Shown here in pieces: positions 1-15,600 of a stretch of 64,000 nt of DNA. This DNA comes from Lytechinus pictus (Eukaryota), in contig NC_087245.1 of NCBI RefSeq assembly GCF_037042905.1, positions 7,318,001-7,382,000 of the forward strand. Direction: 5' to 3'. The position numbers and the translations under genes are program-made. The notes beneath the pieces are model-generated. The model saw nothing but the letters and a program-made list of their open reading frames with translations. It had not been told where the DNA came from and did no database searches. The first letter of the stretch is position 1; the number at the start of each line of letters is the position of its first letter.

Positions 1-358
1 CGTACCATGCTAATTTGCTTGTATTTATATTAATATGCTAGCTATCCAAAATACTGTTTCATCTCCATTCACCTTCACAAGTACTAATTCCCATTTGGTC
101 TTTTACTTGGGCAGACTGATTAGAACCAGTTTGGATTTCCAGTCATGAACCCAATCATTAACAAGTTAAATAGTTTTTATGAATAGAAGATATCACAGTA
201 AAGCATCTTAGGACTGGTTTTTCAGCATTTCTATGTGAAGTAAATAATTTACAATTCAGAGTCATTGAGAATTGGGGTATTCAGATAAGTGACTTGATTC
301 AGTCTAAACCAAATAAAAAATAACAATGACACCTCTAACCCTCTTTGTTCTTCCTTAG

Positions 359-601
359 ATGAGGAACTACCAAGCATTTCATTCTGTCCAAGCAACATCT
401 CCAAGTCAGCGGACCCTGGGTCAATGACAAGCACTGTGACGTGGACTTTGCCAGACTTCACTGACAATGTAGGTGTTGTCTTTGTTAAGGATTCACATCA
501 GCCTCCAGATATCTTTTCTATTGGAATGACAAATGTGACCTATACTGCATCTGATGCTGAAGGAAATATGATTGTCTGTGAATTTCAGGTTACAGTTCTA
601 G
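359..601 (+). CDS. HYR exon 1
   Basis: ttag|AT..G|gtgag; DEELPSISFCP...TDNVGVV...CEFQVTVL; 243 nt. Confidence 0.92.
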
Positions 602-3600
602 GTGAGTTGCGCTTTATATGGTTAACTAATGTCTGGTATTTATGGGAAATTTGGAAGTGGATACAATTCCTTACAACATGAACCACAATAAACATGAAGA
701 CATTTTATCTTTCTAAAATATTTTATCTTGTCACCTTGTTGTGTGTTGTATATAGTCTCAGTGATGTTGCATTGACCTCTTGATATAACCATTTTCTGTG
801 GTCACAGAGTTAAAGCAGTTTCTACTTCACTTGAAAGATCTGGGTGGAGAGTGGCAAATATCTTTAAAACTTTTATACCAGGTTTTTTTTTTAATGTATA
901 TTAAATCTGGGCTAAATACTTTGAATATATTGATTCTAAGCACTTTGAAATCCATGTTCTCAAATTACAAATGGCCATTGTGTTTGGATTTTATACACAG
1001 CTATCTTGTCTTTCCTCCGACGAATGTTAAGAAAATGGGAAACTGAACCCATATTTAATTCTTTTTAATCAATATTTCTATCATTTCCTATGACAATCAT
1101 GATAGTAATAGTATGATCCAGAATTTTCATGAATGATTGACGTTGCATATCAATGCTGTATTAATTTATCAACTTTATATTTATGGATACTTGAATTTCT
1201 TTCCATCCAGATACTGAGCTTCCTGTCTTCCTGAACTGTCCATCAAACATGAGTGCCACAACAGATCCTGGGTCAGCATTAGCTACTTTGAGTTGGCCTA
1301 CAGTACTGGCTACTGACAACGATGGTACCCCAGTTATTGATACTGGTCTGACTGGATTTACATTCCCTGTAGGGGTTGAGGCTGTGACTTACAATGCCAC
1401 AGATGCTTCAGGAAATGTAGCAGAATGTACTTTTTATATCACAGTCACAGGTAAGTCATCACTCTCTACATGCCTGTTTCAACAAGGACATATGATGAAT
1501 AGTTACTTTTTCATTATGTTAAAGGCCATGTTAACAGGAATCAGCAGCCCATATGACTATGCGAAATCATTGTTTTTGTTCTATTAGTTCACTACCCTGC
1601 TCAAAACAATGAATAAATATGCATTTATTCATTGTTCAGTCATATACATGTAAGGTCAAAATCATTTTCCTGGGAAGCGTTTCATCAACATTTTTCCGAC
1701 AAGTTGTCAGATCTGACATCTTTTCTTGATTTTGATTGGCTGAGAAGCATAGTTACTATGGTAACTGTCAGGTAAAATGAGACTTGGCGGATGAAGTCTT
1801 TTCATGAAACACCCTCCTGATTTTTTACGACTTTAGATATTCATCACTTTGAATGTTTTCAATTGTGTATGAGTTCTGGACATAATTTTTTATGTAGTTT
1901 TAAGCTTGGATTTGTAAATTCTTGATACATGTACATGTAATTCTCTGCCAGTTATGGCCCATCTTTCAATTAATTTAAGTTTTGAAATATAATTTTTTTG
2001 TTGGTAGTGGAATAAAATTGTAGTTGCTTCATATGTATTTATGCAGGACATGTTTTGTTTTTAAAAGTACCAATGCGATCTAGAGTTACTATGACATTGT
2101 TCTCATTTGCAGATAATGAGGCTCCCAGTTACACAAACTGTTCTTCTGACTTCAGTGTAGCCGCAGACAAAGGTTCAATCAATACCACTGTTAACTGGCA
2201 GGTTCCTACAGCTATGGACAATGTCAATACAATGGCCCTAGTCCTATCTTCTAACTATCAACCACCGGTTGTGCTTGACATCGGATCATATCTCATCAAC
2301 TATACAGCTGTAGATATTGCTGGACTTGTTGGAGAATGTCTTTTTACAATCACAGTAACAGGTAGGTTTCTGTCACCACATATCACCTAGGGACCTATTT
2401 CATGAAACAATAGTTGGTGAATACCATTATTTTGTTACAAGCTGCTAGAATGCTTGCATCTGATTGGTTCAGAGCAAATTTGTCAGTGGAAATCAATAAG
2501 AAGAGGCATCTTGAAATACTCCCCTGTTCTTCATGCATCCATATAGTGCAGGCCTGTCAACTGTCCTTGATAACCATGCACCCTTCATTTTGTTTTAAAA
2601 GCAATGTACAGCAAATCAAGGAATTTAGTCAATCCTAATTCTAACCGGTTTTGAAAAAAAAACTCCTGATGTTTAGCATTAACAAGTATTCTGACGTGTA
2701 TCAAGCTGTGTTTTAAGCATATTTCAGGTCATAACCTGTCTCTAGACTTTGTTCTTCTTAAATGTTCCCCCCCCCCACAAATGGCCGTCTGTTCTCTGCT
2801 CATGTGAACAAATTCCTGCCATCTAGCATTCAAGTTCATTGAAGAGCAGTAAAAGAGTGTTCGGATAGCTTCACTCTCTTTTATGGACCTGTGTTAAATA
2901 CAAATATATTAATGATCATATAACCAGTCAGATATAGCAATCAAGTTCCTCAAAGTAATCAATTGAAAAGGCAGAAAAAAACTTTGGTCGTCTATAGTTA
3001 GTGGTATTCTTTAGCTTGAAATGTCTTGAAGAATGTTTGTTTGTTTACTACAGATGGTGAAGTCCCAACCATCACTTGCCCAGCTGACATTGTGAATGTA
3101 ACAGATCCGGGTCTAGCTGTAGCCTCAATCTCCTGGTCTGATGCTGTAGCAACTGACAACACTGGATCTCTCGCAGTCTCTTCAGACATTGCCAGTGGTT
3201 CTAACTTCACTATTGGTGAAACAACAGTTACCTACAGTACTACTGATCCTTCAGGAAACCCTGCTATGTGCTCTTTTACTGTCACAATCTCAGGTATGTT
3301 GCTTGGTATTGGTTCATTAGAATACCTACAAAACGCATATTTAATAAAAGTATAAAGTTATAGGGAAAGAATGCATATGCAATTATCAAATAGCTTTGTA
3401 AGTATCCTTCTCCGTATCCACTTCTATTGTGTTATTAAGCATCGTTTACAACTCTTGATAGCCACCGATTTACTGATAACACATATGTTGCCCAAGCATA
3501 TATATTTATGAAGGTATGTTTATACAGGACACTATCACATAATTTTTCTTTGTCGTTTTAAAAGTTCTTGTGTCCAATCATTGAATGCTAGATATTGCTA

Positions 3601-6600
3601 ATCTGAGTGCAGACATCTTAACCTAACATGATGGTTTAAACTTATTGAGTAATTGCAATATTGCGTTTTTCCCGATGCAGATGAAGAGAACCCAACGCTG
3701 TTGAACTGCCCCTCGGCTATCACCTATAACATCACCAACTCCAGCTCACAGGCTGTTGTCACTTGGCCAGCTCCAACAATTGCAGACAATTCAGAAAGGG
3801 TCTTCACGGTGATCTCCACTCATTCAGGCTCCCTCTTTAACTTTGGTGACACAACCGTTGTTTATCGTGTGCAAGATCTTGCTGGAAACATGGCCTCCTG
3901 TTCATTTGTTGTGTCTGTTAATGGTGAGTTTCTAACCACCAATGGCTTGGAATTCAGTCAAACCCTTGCAGGTTCGACAATCTAATTTTGAAATAATCAG
4001 CTTGTTTACAATGCTTACATTTCCAAAATATAAGATTCAACCAACAATTTTGAAGACTTCATTCATAAGAAACTTTTGCTGCCCATTAATTAGGGAGGAC
4101 CTTGTAAGAATCATCTACAAGGTTTTGGTTGTTAGTTATCCTGTATTTCACCCATTGACTATCAAATTCTGCAATTTAGATAAGGTTTGTTAAGGGACTA
4201 TCCAGTGCGAGTTAGCAGTGGGTTAACCATATGCTATGATATGTTTTGAATCCCTTTTCACCTACATATCTTATCTCCTACAGATCAAACCCCACCAGTC
4301 ATTGAGGGTTGTCCATCTAGTATCAACACAACTACAGATCCAGGATCTCCTACAGCAATGGTGACGTTCCAATCTCCTAACATCACTGACAATCAAGGCA
4401 CACCTAATATCATGTTGAACAAACAGTCTGGCTCAGAATTCCCAGTGGGAGACACAGTTGTTACCTACACTGCTACGGATGGTTTTGGCAATGAGGCTTC
4501 ATGTAGCTTTACTGTATCAGTGTCTGGTAAGCCCCTGATTAGAATAATGTTTTCATTTCCAACAGTGTCACACAACATAATCTAAATTGTGCATATACAT
4601 CTATCTATCCTTACCAAAAAATAAAATTATGCATGCACAAAGATCTTTATAAGACCAGGGTCCTATAACACAAAGCTAAGCGATGAAAAGCAAATATGAA
4701 AGAACGCTTTTGATTGGTTCCTGGCCAGTATTTCAAACCAAATGTGCGTGTAAGATTGATATTGATTGGTCGGTCCATGTAGCAATGATCGCTGATCTTT
4801 GTGTAAAAGAGCCCAGTTCATCGTAATCAAATCATCCTGTCCCAAAATATTCACAAATATTTTGGATATGTTATACTTTTTAACAATTCCAGAATGAAAG
4901 ATAAGCAGTTCTATATTAGATATATTTATTGTTGTGTTGTTATAATTCACATTCATTTCAATTTCTAAAAATATGTTGACAATGCTAATGAGAAGGCCCA
5001 TCTGGTTGTTGTGATGACTTGTATAGATATCTTCTCTTGATGCTTTCAGCCTTGCAAGTGAAAGCTTACCAAACATAAAATTTTCATGATTGTGAAAGAT
5101 TTTGTATTATGTAAACGATGCCATTTGTACAAGAAATTCTGGGTGAATACTTTCAGAAATAGTATTTTTATGTCTGAAATATATCTTGTTTTTCCACACT
5201 CCAGATGAGGAACCACCTGTCTATGTGGGTTGTCCTTTCAATGTGACTGTCCCCACCGATAATGGAACAGCCAGTGCTGTTGTGAACTGGACAGAGCCTG
5301 CCGTGTCTGATAACACGGTAGCAGTCACATCAACCCCTGCTATACCTATAGGAAGTACCTTCAATCTTGGCAGTACAACATTCACCTACACAGCTCAAGA
5401 TGCCTATGGCAATACTGCTCTTTGTCATGTTAATGTCATTGTTTATGGTAGGTTGACATGATAAACCAAGAAGACAATTCCATAAAATAATCAACGCCTT
5501 AGTGTGTACAACCTCCATTTTGCTCCATTTTTTCTTCATTTCATGCAGTATTAAAAAAGTGATGATTTGAGGGCATTGAAATTGTGATAAGAACCACACA
5601 TAGGGGATCAGACATGTTATGTAATTGCCCTGACGGGTGTTTCATAAAGCTGTTTGTAATTTATGAATGTCTGGTAATCCTATCTTGTGCTACATACATG
5701 TAATAGATCCCTGAATAACTTAGAACGTGTACCATCAGTGAACACGTCCCACTGGGAACTGAAGACCAACATGGGATGAGCGAGTCTTACATAAATCAAC
5801 TTTATGAAACACCCTCCTGGAGATATCCATTCATGTCACTTGTTATTGGTAATGCTCCATTAGAATGATTGTTTTCTTTTTCAGGCACTGAAAGCTCATT
5901 AACTTATGATTTCATAACAAATCATATGAAACATGGCCCTTTGTTCTAGTCTCCAGTGACAAATGTTCCTTGAATGCATAAGACAGTGTTGGAAGTACAG
6001 ATGAAAATAAGTCTATTGCAACTTTCTATGACAAGTTGCATGATATATGTTCTGATCCATGAATCATTCTCTTGTTGAGAATTTTCCTCTTTCTTTCTCA
6101 TTTCAGCTTTTAATTCAAATTTAATTCCTGTCTCTCTGAAAGAACAAGCTCAAAGGCAAAATTAAAGATCATTTGCCTCTTATGTCTTTTCCTTCTTGTG
6201 CCATATTTGATCTCATAGAAAAAATCTTGAGCCTGAATGGAGATAATGTCAGATATTCACAAATTTAATATAAGAAGGCTTGTTCTTTTAAATCTTCACT
6301 CCTTGAGATGGAGTTATAATTTCTAGACTTTGAAGGAGTATGTTTCCAACAGGAAGTGACTTTTATGAGCAGTAGAAATTGTTACTTTATTGCCACCCAA
6401 CGTTTCTTTTTGATTAACCTACAGTAATTGTTGTTGACCTACAGATGATGAGCCACCAGTTCTACAGGGTTGTGATTTTGGTGATATCATCCAGGAGGCA
6501 GATGCAGCAACAGATCAAGCAGTAGTTGTCTGGACACCTCCAGTGGGTGTGGATAATTCAGGTGCCCCTACAGTCTCAGAGAACTACGCTCCAGGATCAT

Positions 6601-9600
6601 CCTTCCCTGTGGGTGTCACTACTGTCACCTATACTGCTACCGATGTGGCTGGACTCAATACCACATGCTCTTTCAACATCTCGGTGCTTGGTAAATCCAT
6701 CAAGTTTCTTAATGAAATGTAGAACCATTTAAAGCGTCCTGTATACCTAAGTTATCAGTATTGTCAAATTATTTTGTCAAATACCCCTTCTTTATATAGA
6801 ATATAGGGGAAAATAAGGATACAATAACAGCGTTATAGTAAACATTCCTATGATATGATCTCTTGCAGTAGTGTTTTACCCATATCTTAAGTGAGATATT
6901 TGGTGTCTTGGTTCCCATAGAATTCTGTCTATAGTTTACAATGTCATTGTCTCCTATTGGATTTCTTATTATGCAGATTCAGAGTCCCCAACATACACCA
7001 CATGCCCAAGCAATGTGGTTGGCTACACAGGAAACGACACCACTGGTGAGGTGAGTTGGTCAGTCCCCACAGTGACTGACAATGTTGCAGTGGTCTTTGA
7101 GAATCAGACACACTATCCAAATGACAGCTTCCCACTCGGAATCACTACTGTGGTGTACTCTGCTTTTGATGCGACTGGAAACTTTGGAGAATGCAGCTTC
7201 AATGTTACATTATCTGGTAAGTGAATGCTGAGGGTTCTGTGCTGGAGACTGATGTAAATAGTCAAATTGATATGTAAAATGAATCTTGTTCTATGGACAG
7301 TCGGAGGAGAGAATATTGCTCATCTGATCCTGGGTGCTTCTCACTTCATCAGCCTGTGTGTATTACTGAATGAGTTGAATTTTAAAAAGGTTCTCATGAT
7401 TACATTCCTTGTGTAATCATGATAAGGTACATGTTTATCAATTTATAGTGTCCATTTACAGTTTTCGGTTAAAGACTAAAATTAATTTGTATACGTTTGT
7501 CTTGAGAGAAAATATTGATACTCTTGTCTCAATATCGGAATATTATTTCTTCTCCTCTTTGTTCACTTCTTCCCTTCTTCCTTTTCCTCTTCTTCCTTTT
7601 CCTCTTCTCCCTTTCTCTCTTCCTCCTCCTCATCCTCCTCATCCTTGTCCTCCTCCTCCTCCTCCTTCCAAACACAATAATGTTTCACATTGAAATGACT
7701 ACCATGCTTAAATATCATTGATTATCTTTGCAGATATTACTCCCCCTGTCATCAGAGGATGTCCTTCAAACTTTGATGTCAATGCACCATCAAACGATAG
7801 TGGTTTAGTCGTGACCTGGGATCCCATATCTGCAACAGATGCCTTTGGCATTGATTCACAAAATTCATCCCATTCGAGTGGCTCAGTCTTTGTCATTGGA
7901 CCTGGAGTCACTGTGACTTATATCTTTTATGATCCTAATGGAAACTTTGCAAGATGCTCATTTGTTGTGACTGTACTAGGTAAGGTCCATAATGAAATCA
8001 TCACAAAATATTGTAACAAGGTACTTGTATATACCACATTTTTTGTATATACACTTTTATATATACACAAATATTCTTTGATCATCCTTGAATGTATAAA
8101 GTAGATATTATGTAATATTTTTTACTTTACTATTTGAAAAATGATTTTATTTATAAATGTATATTCTAAATTGTATAAGAGACTATCTCCATGCAATGTA
8201 GATAGTTCATTAGGCCTGATATCTAATCGGTTTTTTTTTTCTGATATTGTCAGATGTTGACAGACCAGTTGCAAGTGGATGTCCAGCAAACATCACTGTG
8301 GAACCTGACCTTGGATCTCTCAATGCAACTGTGAACTGGACAGAACCAGTTTTCAGTGATAACAGTGGCAACTTTACACTGAGCAATATGATACCACCAC
8401 TCTCTGTGTTTGAACCTGGCACTAGTATAGTCCTCTATCAGGCTACAGATTCCTCTGGCAATGTTGGCTCTTGTGCTTTTTACATCACAGTCCAAGGTAT
8501 TCCCCTCTTTGAAATTTTCTCATAAATTGAAATAATTCAGTGGTGATAGAGAATGTTTGGTTGGTTAGGCTTCATGCTCTTTCATGTCTTACTTCATCTG
8601 TTTACCATAGTTTACCACTCTCTCTCTCTCTCTCCTTTTCTCTTTCTTGTCTCTTGTATTTTATTTTTCTTCTCAGTATTCTATCTCTCAGGAAGATCAA
8701 AAGAATTCATTACATACCTTCCCATGTTACCTAATCTTAAGCATGAAATAGAAGACTACATATTTCTGTAGTGTCACTCTGATTTTGTCTCGCCTGCATA
8801 ACAGAGCAAGACTTTGCCCCCCCCCCCAGTCTTATTAGGGTTAAATGTCATAACCCTGAAAGTATATGGATCTTGTTCATGAAACTTGGACAAAAGAGTA
8901 ATCAAGCATAAGTGAACATCCTGCATGAGTTTCAGGTCACATGATTAAGGTCAATGAACTTTGGCCGTGTTGGGGGTTACTTGTTGAATTGCCATCATAT
9001 CTTTGAAAGTTAATGGATTTAGTTCATGAAATGTGAACTTAAGGGTAATCAAGTATCACTGATCGTCTTGCACAAGTCTTCGGTCACACGATCTAGGTCA
9101 AATGTCATTAAGGGTCAATGAACATAGTATTTAATCATCATATGAATGGTGTTTTTTGTAAATGATTATTCTGTATTTGTTTTCAAAGTCAGCACTGCTG
9201 CTATATTGAATCGCGTAATGCAGGCGAGGCGAGACTGCCAGAGGTGCTCCACTTGTTATGTATACATTTGTAGTGTGTTACATTTTCTTCATCGCTCATT
9301 CTCAGTATCTGTCTCTTTCTTTCTCAGACACTATCCCTCCAAAACTGACTGGATGCCCAAGCAACATCAATGTAACGACCGACCCAGGCAGTTCCACAAC
9401 CAACGTATCATGGTCAGAACCAGTGGCAAGTGATAACAGTATTGAGCCCACAGTCACTGTGACCATACCATCTGGTAGTTTGTTCACCATCACAGAAACC
9501 TTGGTTACTTACACTGCTACAGATGCAGCCAGCCTTGTTGCAGAGTGTTCATTCACAGTTACCGTCAGAGGTAATGAAAATGAAAGTCTTCCTACAAATA

Positions 9601-12600
9601 TGAATAATAATGATGCAGTATATATATTTATTTTCTGAATTTATGATTGCTGTAATGTTTGATGATTATCATTTTAATGGCTGTAGATACGTAATGATGT
9701 GATCGGGGGAGGTATTGTGGGGTTGGCTTGAAGTGACCAAGTCACATGTATGACCATTGTATTTTGCCGATTCTAAATATCTTCATTTTATTTTTACCAT
9801 TAATTTTCTGACCTGGATGGAGTTGGGGAGGAAGACCTGTGGGTTATGGTTATTAAGTTAGCCTTTTCCATACCCAGGTAGCCTCTCCAACTCTCATCCA
9901 GGTCTTATTTTCTCTATCATGTAAAATTGTGATTGATCTTCTCTCTGATTTGTTTGTATTCTCTATGTTTTTGATATGCCAAATAAAATAATAATAATAA
10001 CAATCATATACTACATGTACATTGCTGCGCTAAAGACAATGTTTCTAAACGCAGCATACTATAACCGTGACTTTAGCGTTTCTAGTCAACCAATGATTAA
10101 AATTCATTTTCCCAATTGATTGTGGACCTGGCAGCCAGTGAGCAGCCCCTTAGCTGGGCAAAATATCATGGTCAAATGGGATTTTTGTTGAGACTTAGGT
10201 CTACCATATGAAGGCAGTGCTCCAGAAGCTTGATGATCACAAACCCTGTGGTTACATCATATAAAGAATTATCCATGAAAATGAATACTTATGAGCTTTT
10301 TTTTTAAAGAAAATGCTGATATAATCTCACTTATGCTTAATATGAGTACTCACGGTGAGGCAATGGTTCGTGCATCGCTGACACCACTTTCAGGTGGATC
10401 AATAAAGCTTAAGTAATACATATTGGACGTCTTATATGATTAATAACCAAAGGAAACATTACAATTAGAAATTGAAAGCAGGTAATGATATATAGGGGAA
10501 TGATTTTTAGGGTTACATAACTTTCCAAACTAAGCTTTCAAAATCTAAAAACATGTATTTGAAGGATATGGATATTTTGTATGCCTTTTCTTCCAGATGA
10601 AGAGTTACCTGTCTTCACCGAGTGTCCAAGCAGCATCAACCTGACCTTACCTTTCAATGACAGTAGCCTTAATGCAACATGGTCAGATCCTACCGCAACA
10701 GACAACAGCTGGATAGTCACCGTTACCTCTAGTCTACCTCAAGGCTCAGTACTAGCTCTTGGCTCCTCATCTGTCACGTACACAGCGGTTGATCTATCTG
10801 GGAATCAAGCTCAGTGCATCGTTACCCTATTAGTCCTTGGTAAGTTTCAGACCATACTCTTTTTCAGTAAAGATACTGGAGTTATTGTCTTGGATATTAT
10901 GGATCATGGTACGAAGAATTTTGTACCATTTTGTGCTATTTCCATCACCTATAGTATAGTACTACATGGTCAGGATTGTCACATAATTGCCATTGCACAA
11001 CGTCTACTTAGCTTGTTGTACGCAATCAAATGGGAGGCTCAACGTCAATCATTAATACCATTGCATGCGTAATGTCCATAATTTACCATTGCATGGTCAA
11101 GAACAAGGTGACGTCACTATAAAAATTAGGATTCAATTCATTGCGGTTTAAATGCAGGTGCAATACACGTAGGGCTTACTGGCTGAATGCGCATTGTGAC
11201 TGCACGTTTGAGGGATTTTGCATTTCGCTTTCAATAATTATTTTTTTTTTTTTTATAGATGAACATAGGGACAAATTAATTATTGTTCATATTTTCGCTA
11301 ATTTCTTAGGCGTCGTTAAAGTAGCCACCCGAAGAAAATTCATGATAAGTGATAATTATAGACAAGTTTTATATGGATCGAAATGTCTTGTCTTGCTATT
11401 CACAATATGTGACTAAAAAGTCTTATAGCTGTCATGGAAAAGCGAGAAATGCAATTATAAGATACCCTTCTCAGCTCCCTGAATACAGACATTACTGATC
11501 GGACACAGTCTCAATGGTGATGTCACACAATTGGCAACTGAAGTACTCCACACGTATGCATGCATGCATTTCCCTTGCTGTTTTGTTTTTCCTTCATATT
11601 TTTACTGTTTTTTCCATGTAATTAAATATTTGATTCCTGCTTTCGACATCCTCATACACTATAGTGAACAGTAGTTGTGTTATTTCACCCATTGTGCCGT
11701 GGCGTGGCGTCTGTCGTCCGTCCACAATTTCAAAATGCTTCTTCTTCTCCATTTCAAGTCCGATTTCAATTCTGTTTGCTTTATATGATAGCACTAGGTG
11801 GGGGATTCAAAACTTCTACACAGAATTTTGAAACTCATTAAATATGCTTATTTATGCACATTTTTCAAAATTCACAAAAAATGCTTCTTTATTTATTGAC
11901 CGATTCTGAATTTTTTGCTTCCATCTGGTAGAGCTTTATGAGGTTCACCAAACTTCTACATAGAATTTTGAAATTTTGACTAGAACAATTTTTATGCTAA
12001 TTTATGCAAAATTAATTTATGCATATTTTTAAACATTCACATAAAATGCTTCTTCTTTATTTGTTGACCGATTTTGATTTTTTTTCTTCCATCTGGTAGA
12101 GCCTCATGAGGTTCACCAAAATTTTACAAAGAATTTTCAAATATGGAGTAGAAAATTATTCATGCTAATTTATGCAAAATTCATAAATCACAGAAAATGC
12201 CTCTTCTTTATTTGTTGACTGAATTTCAAAATGCTACTTCTTCATCATTTCAAGTCTGATTTCAATTCTGTTCCCTTTATATGATAGCATTAGGTGGGGG
12301 ATTCAAAACTTTTACACAGAATTTTGAAACTCAAAAAATATGCTAATTTATGCGTATTTTTCAGAATTCAGATAAAATGCTTCTTCTTCTTTAATTGTCG
12401 ACCGATTTTGATTTTTTTCTTCCATCTGGTAGAACTTCATGAGGTTCACCAAACTTCTGCATAGAATTTTGAAATTTTCAGTAGAAAATTATTTATACAA
12501 TTTATGCAAAATGTATTCATAAATCACAGAAAATTCCACTTCTTTATTTTTGTTCCATCTGAGAGCTACATGAGGTTCACCAAGGTTCTACACAGAGTTT

Positions 12601-15600
12601 AGAAATTTTGACTAGAAAATTACTTATGCTTAATTTATATGAAATTCATAGATCACAAAAAATGCTTCTATGTCATTTCTTCCTCAATTTCAATTCTATA
12701 TCCTCAATTTATGTCACCAATGTAATTCACTACAGTGTCAACTGGGCTGAAATTAAAATTGTGTTAAATTTCGTTGCGAGATGCCGGATGAGCTCCACAT
12801 CATTGATGTGCTAGTTATTGAATTATAAACTGCAAAGAGATAAGTTAAGCAATCCATGGCTTTTAATTGGTATTCAAGTTCGAGCTGCTACCTCATTAAG
12901 ATCAAATTTTTCCCACCTTGTAGATGAAACTGTCCCTGAGATCACCTGTCCTTCAGATATCATGGTCAACACTGATGCTGGTAGGGCTACAGCCACAGTT
13001 ACATGGGATGCAGCCAATGCCACTGATAACAGTGGTGTAGTGAGCGTCATGACTGATGTAGCAAGTGGAACCAACTTTGCAGTTGGAGACACAGAAGTAA
13101 CTGCCACAGCCACAGATGGATCTGGGAACGTTGCAACCTGTACCTTTACTGTCACAGTGTCAGGTGAGGTTTATATTCTTATATTACGCATCCTCATGAT
13201 GATCTAACTCCATCACTGCTTACTGACTACAACCTACATCTTTGTCTTTGCTTTCATGAATTAATTCTTGAGACAACTCTTTCCTTCCTCACAACAATTT
13301 ATTTCACCTAGGTTAAGACTAATATCGTTACATTTACATTTCTGCGTTAGAAATGATATATTCATATTAAATGCTCTAGTCAATGTTCTATTGTAATCTG
13401 ATTATATAAAGCCGTTTCAAGTCGCAGATATTCCTGTAGCTTGCAGCACATCAAGGTTGCAGCGTAACTCTCAATATACTTTTTTTCTGTTTCCACAGAC
13501 ATGGAAGCACCTGTCTTTATCATCTGCCCCAGCGACCAGACCTTATCCCTCCCAAACACCGGAGCCGCTACCCGTGTGGTTAGTTGGACCACCCCAATTG
13601 CTTCTGATAACACCATAGTTTATCAGCTTTCAGTTAATGCTTCTTCTGGATCTCCGTTCAGTGTGGGCACCACATTGGTACGGTACATAGCCGTTGATCT
13701 CTACAACAATACTGAATATTGTGATTTCAGTATTACTATCAATGGTGAGGATCACATATTTATTGCTCTATGATAGAATTGAATCTTTCAAATTTAAAAC
13801 AAGTTTGGTCAGTGTAATGTAATTTATTTCTCTGTGTAATGAATGGTAAAGCCTGATAACAAAGTGGTTTTCTTTCCGATTTATATAAATTGTAGAATGT
13901 TTAGATTCTATTGTAAATACTCAAACATTCTTTAAATTCAAAACTCTTCAACAGATGCAATCCCACCCACCTTTTCCAACTGCAACACTACCACCCTCAC
14001 ACAGTCTACCGATGTGAACTCGCCCATTGCCATGGTGATCTGGTCTGAACCCACTGCTTCTGATAACTCTGGTGTATTCACTGTTACCTCCACATATTCA
14101 CCTGGTGATTCTTTTCCTGTTGGTGACAATGTTGTGGAATACCTGGTTGTTGATTCCTCAGGGAACAATGCAACTTGTTCCTTCCTTGTCGTTGTTGAAG
14201 GTAGGTTTCAGGTTCTGACTGCAATATACCCTCAAATTTTCAATGATATTTTACCCTTGTAAGTAGTAACAGAGGCCCTTTAAAATGCTATTAAATTCAA
14301 AGGATGTCATTTAGATTAAAAATACGTAGGAAATATAGCCCAAATGTTGGCCTACAGATGATAAATTCTTCCTGGCAGATTCATGTGTCTAAATGTTTTT
14401 CCCGTAAGTCTATTGTGAATGTCCCATCTTATGATTTGTGCATTGCAAGTTGAATTTGCTGAGCAGTGCAAACAAAGACCAAAGTGTTGAGCAACTATCC
14501 CTTGTACAGATAATGCGAGATCAAACATGCTACATGTACACAATTATTGAAATTCAGTGGTGCCATAAAAGTCGCCATTAGAGATGAGCAAATCTGACAT
14601 AGTAATGTTATTAATGTAACAATTGCATCTGCCAAAGTGACTGAGGTGGAGCAATAATTCATTTAATTTTAGCTGAGTACAGTATTTATGTTTTTATAGG
14701 AGTATCAGAAACTTTTTTTTTTATATTAATAGTCTCAAATGCTCATCTTATCCTGGTTGTCTTTGTAAAACTTTGTTAGACTATCATAGATTGACTAAGA
14801 CCCTCTGATTTTACAGACACGGAAGCACCTCAATTCCCTGGTTGTCCCGTGATGCTCCTGACTGCCCAAGATGCTGGAGAGGTTTTTGCTACAGTCACCT
14901 GGCAGCTGGTAGCTACTGACAATGTCCAAGTGGTCAATGAGACATCCAGTCATACCAATGGTACTCAGTTTGATCTGGGTAGCACTGAGGTGTCCCTTGT
15001 AGCTCTTGATGCTGCCGGTAACCTTGGAGTCTGTAACTTTACTGTCATTGTACAAGGTTTGTATCCTTCAATTACAAGCTTATGATACATTTAGAGTAGG
15101 AGGGTTTGGTTTAATGGAAATGATGATGCATATAGCCAGGATAAGGAGAAGGAATAGGTAAGGACTATTTGGAGGAGCATAAGGTAAATCCGGCTGCCCA
15201 TTTAAATGCAAAGTAAACCATTGATTTCAAACCAAATTTCCCAAGTCTGAATACTTGGAAGTTTCATGAGTGGTGTTATAGTGATCAGACAGATAGAATT
15301 GAACAGGTGGAATTATTAGCAAGGGTTCGATTGTGATATTCATGTACATCATGGTTTATCCTGTCATCTCACAACATTGCTAACTTCATAAGACCTCCCG
15401 TCTTGGTATGAATTCTTTTGCTTGGAGGTGGTTTTATGACAGGGAAAGGGGATGGGGTCTATGTTTGTATAACTGCATTGACATCGCAGAATGTATTCAT
15501 ATAAATCATCATGTCTATGAAGTTACTTCTTGAAATATGCATAGCTAATTTGCTCATCAGACCCACCATCACCAGACTTTTGTCCGTCAATTCTACCTGC

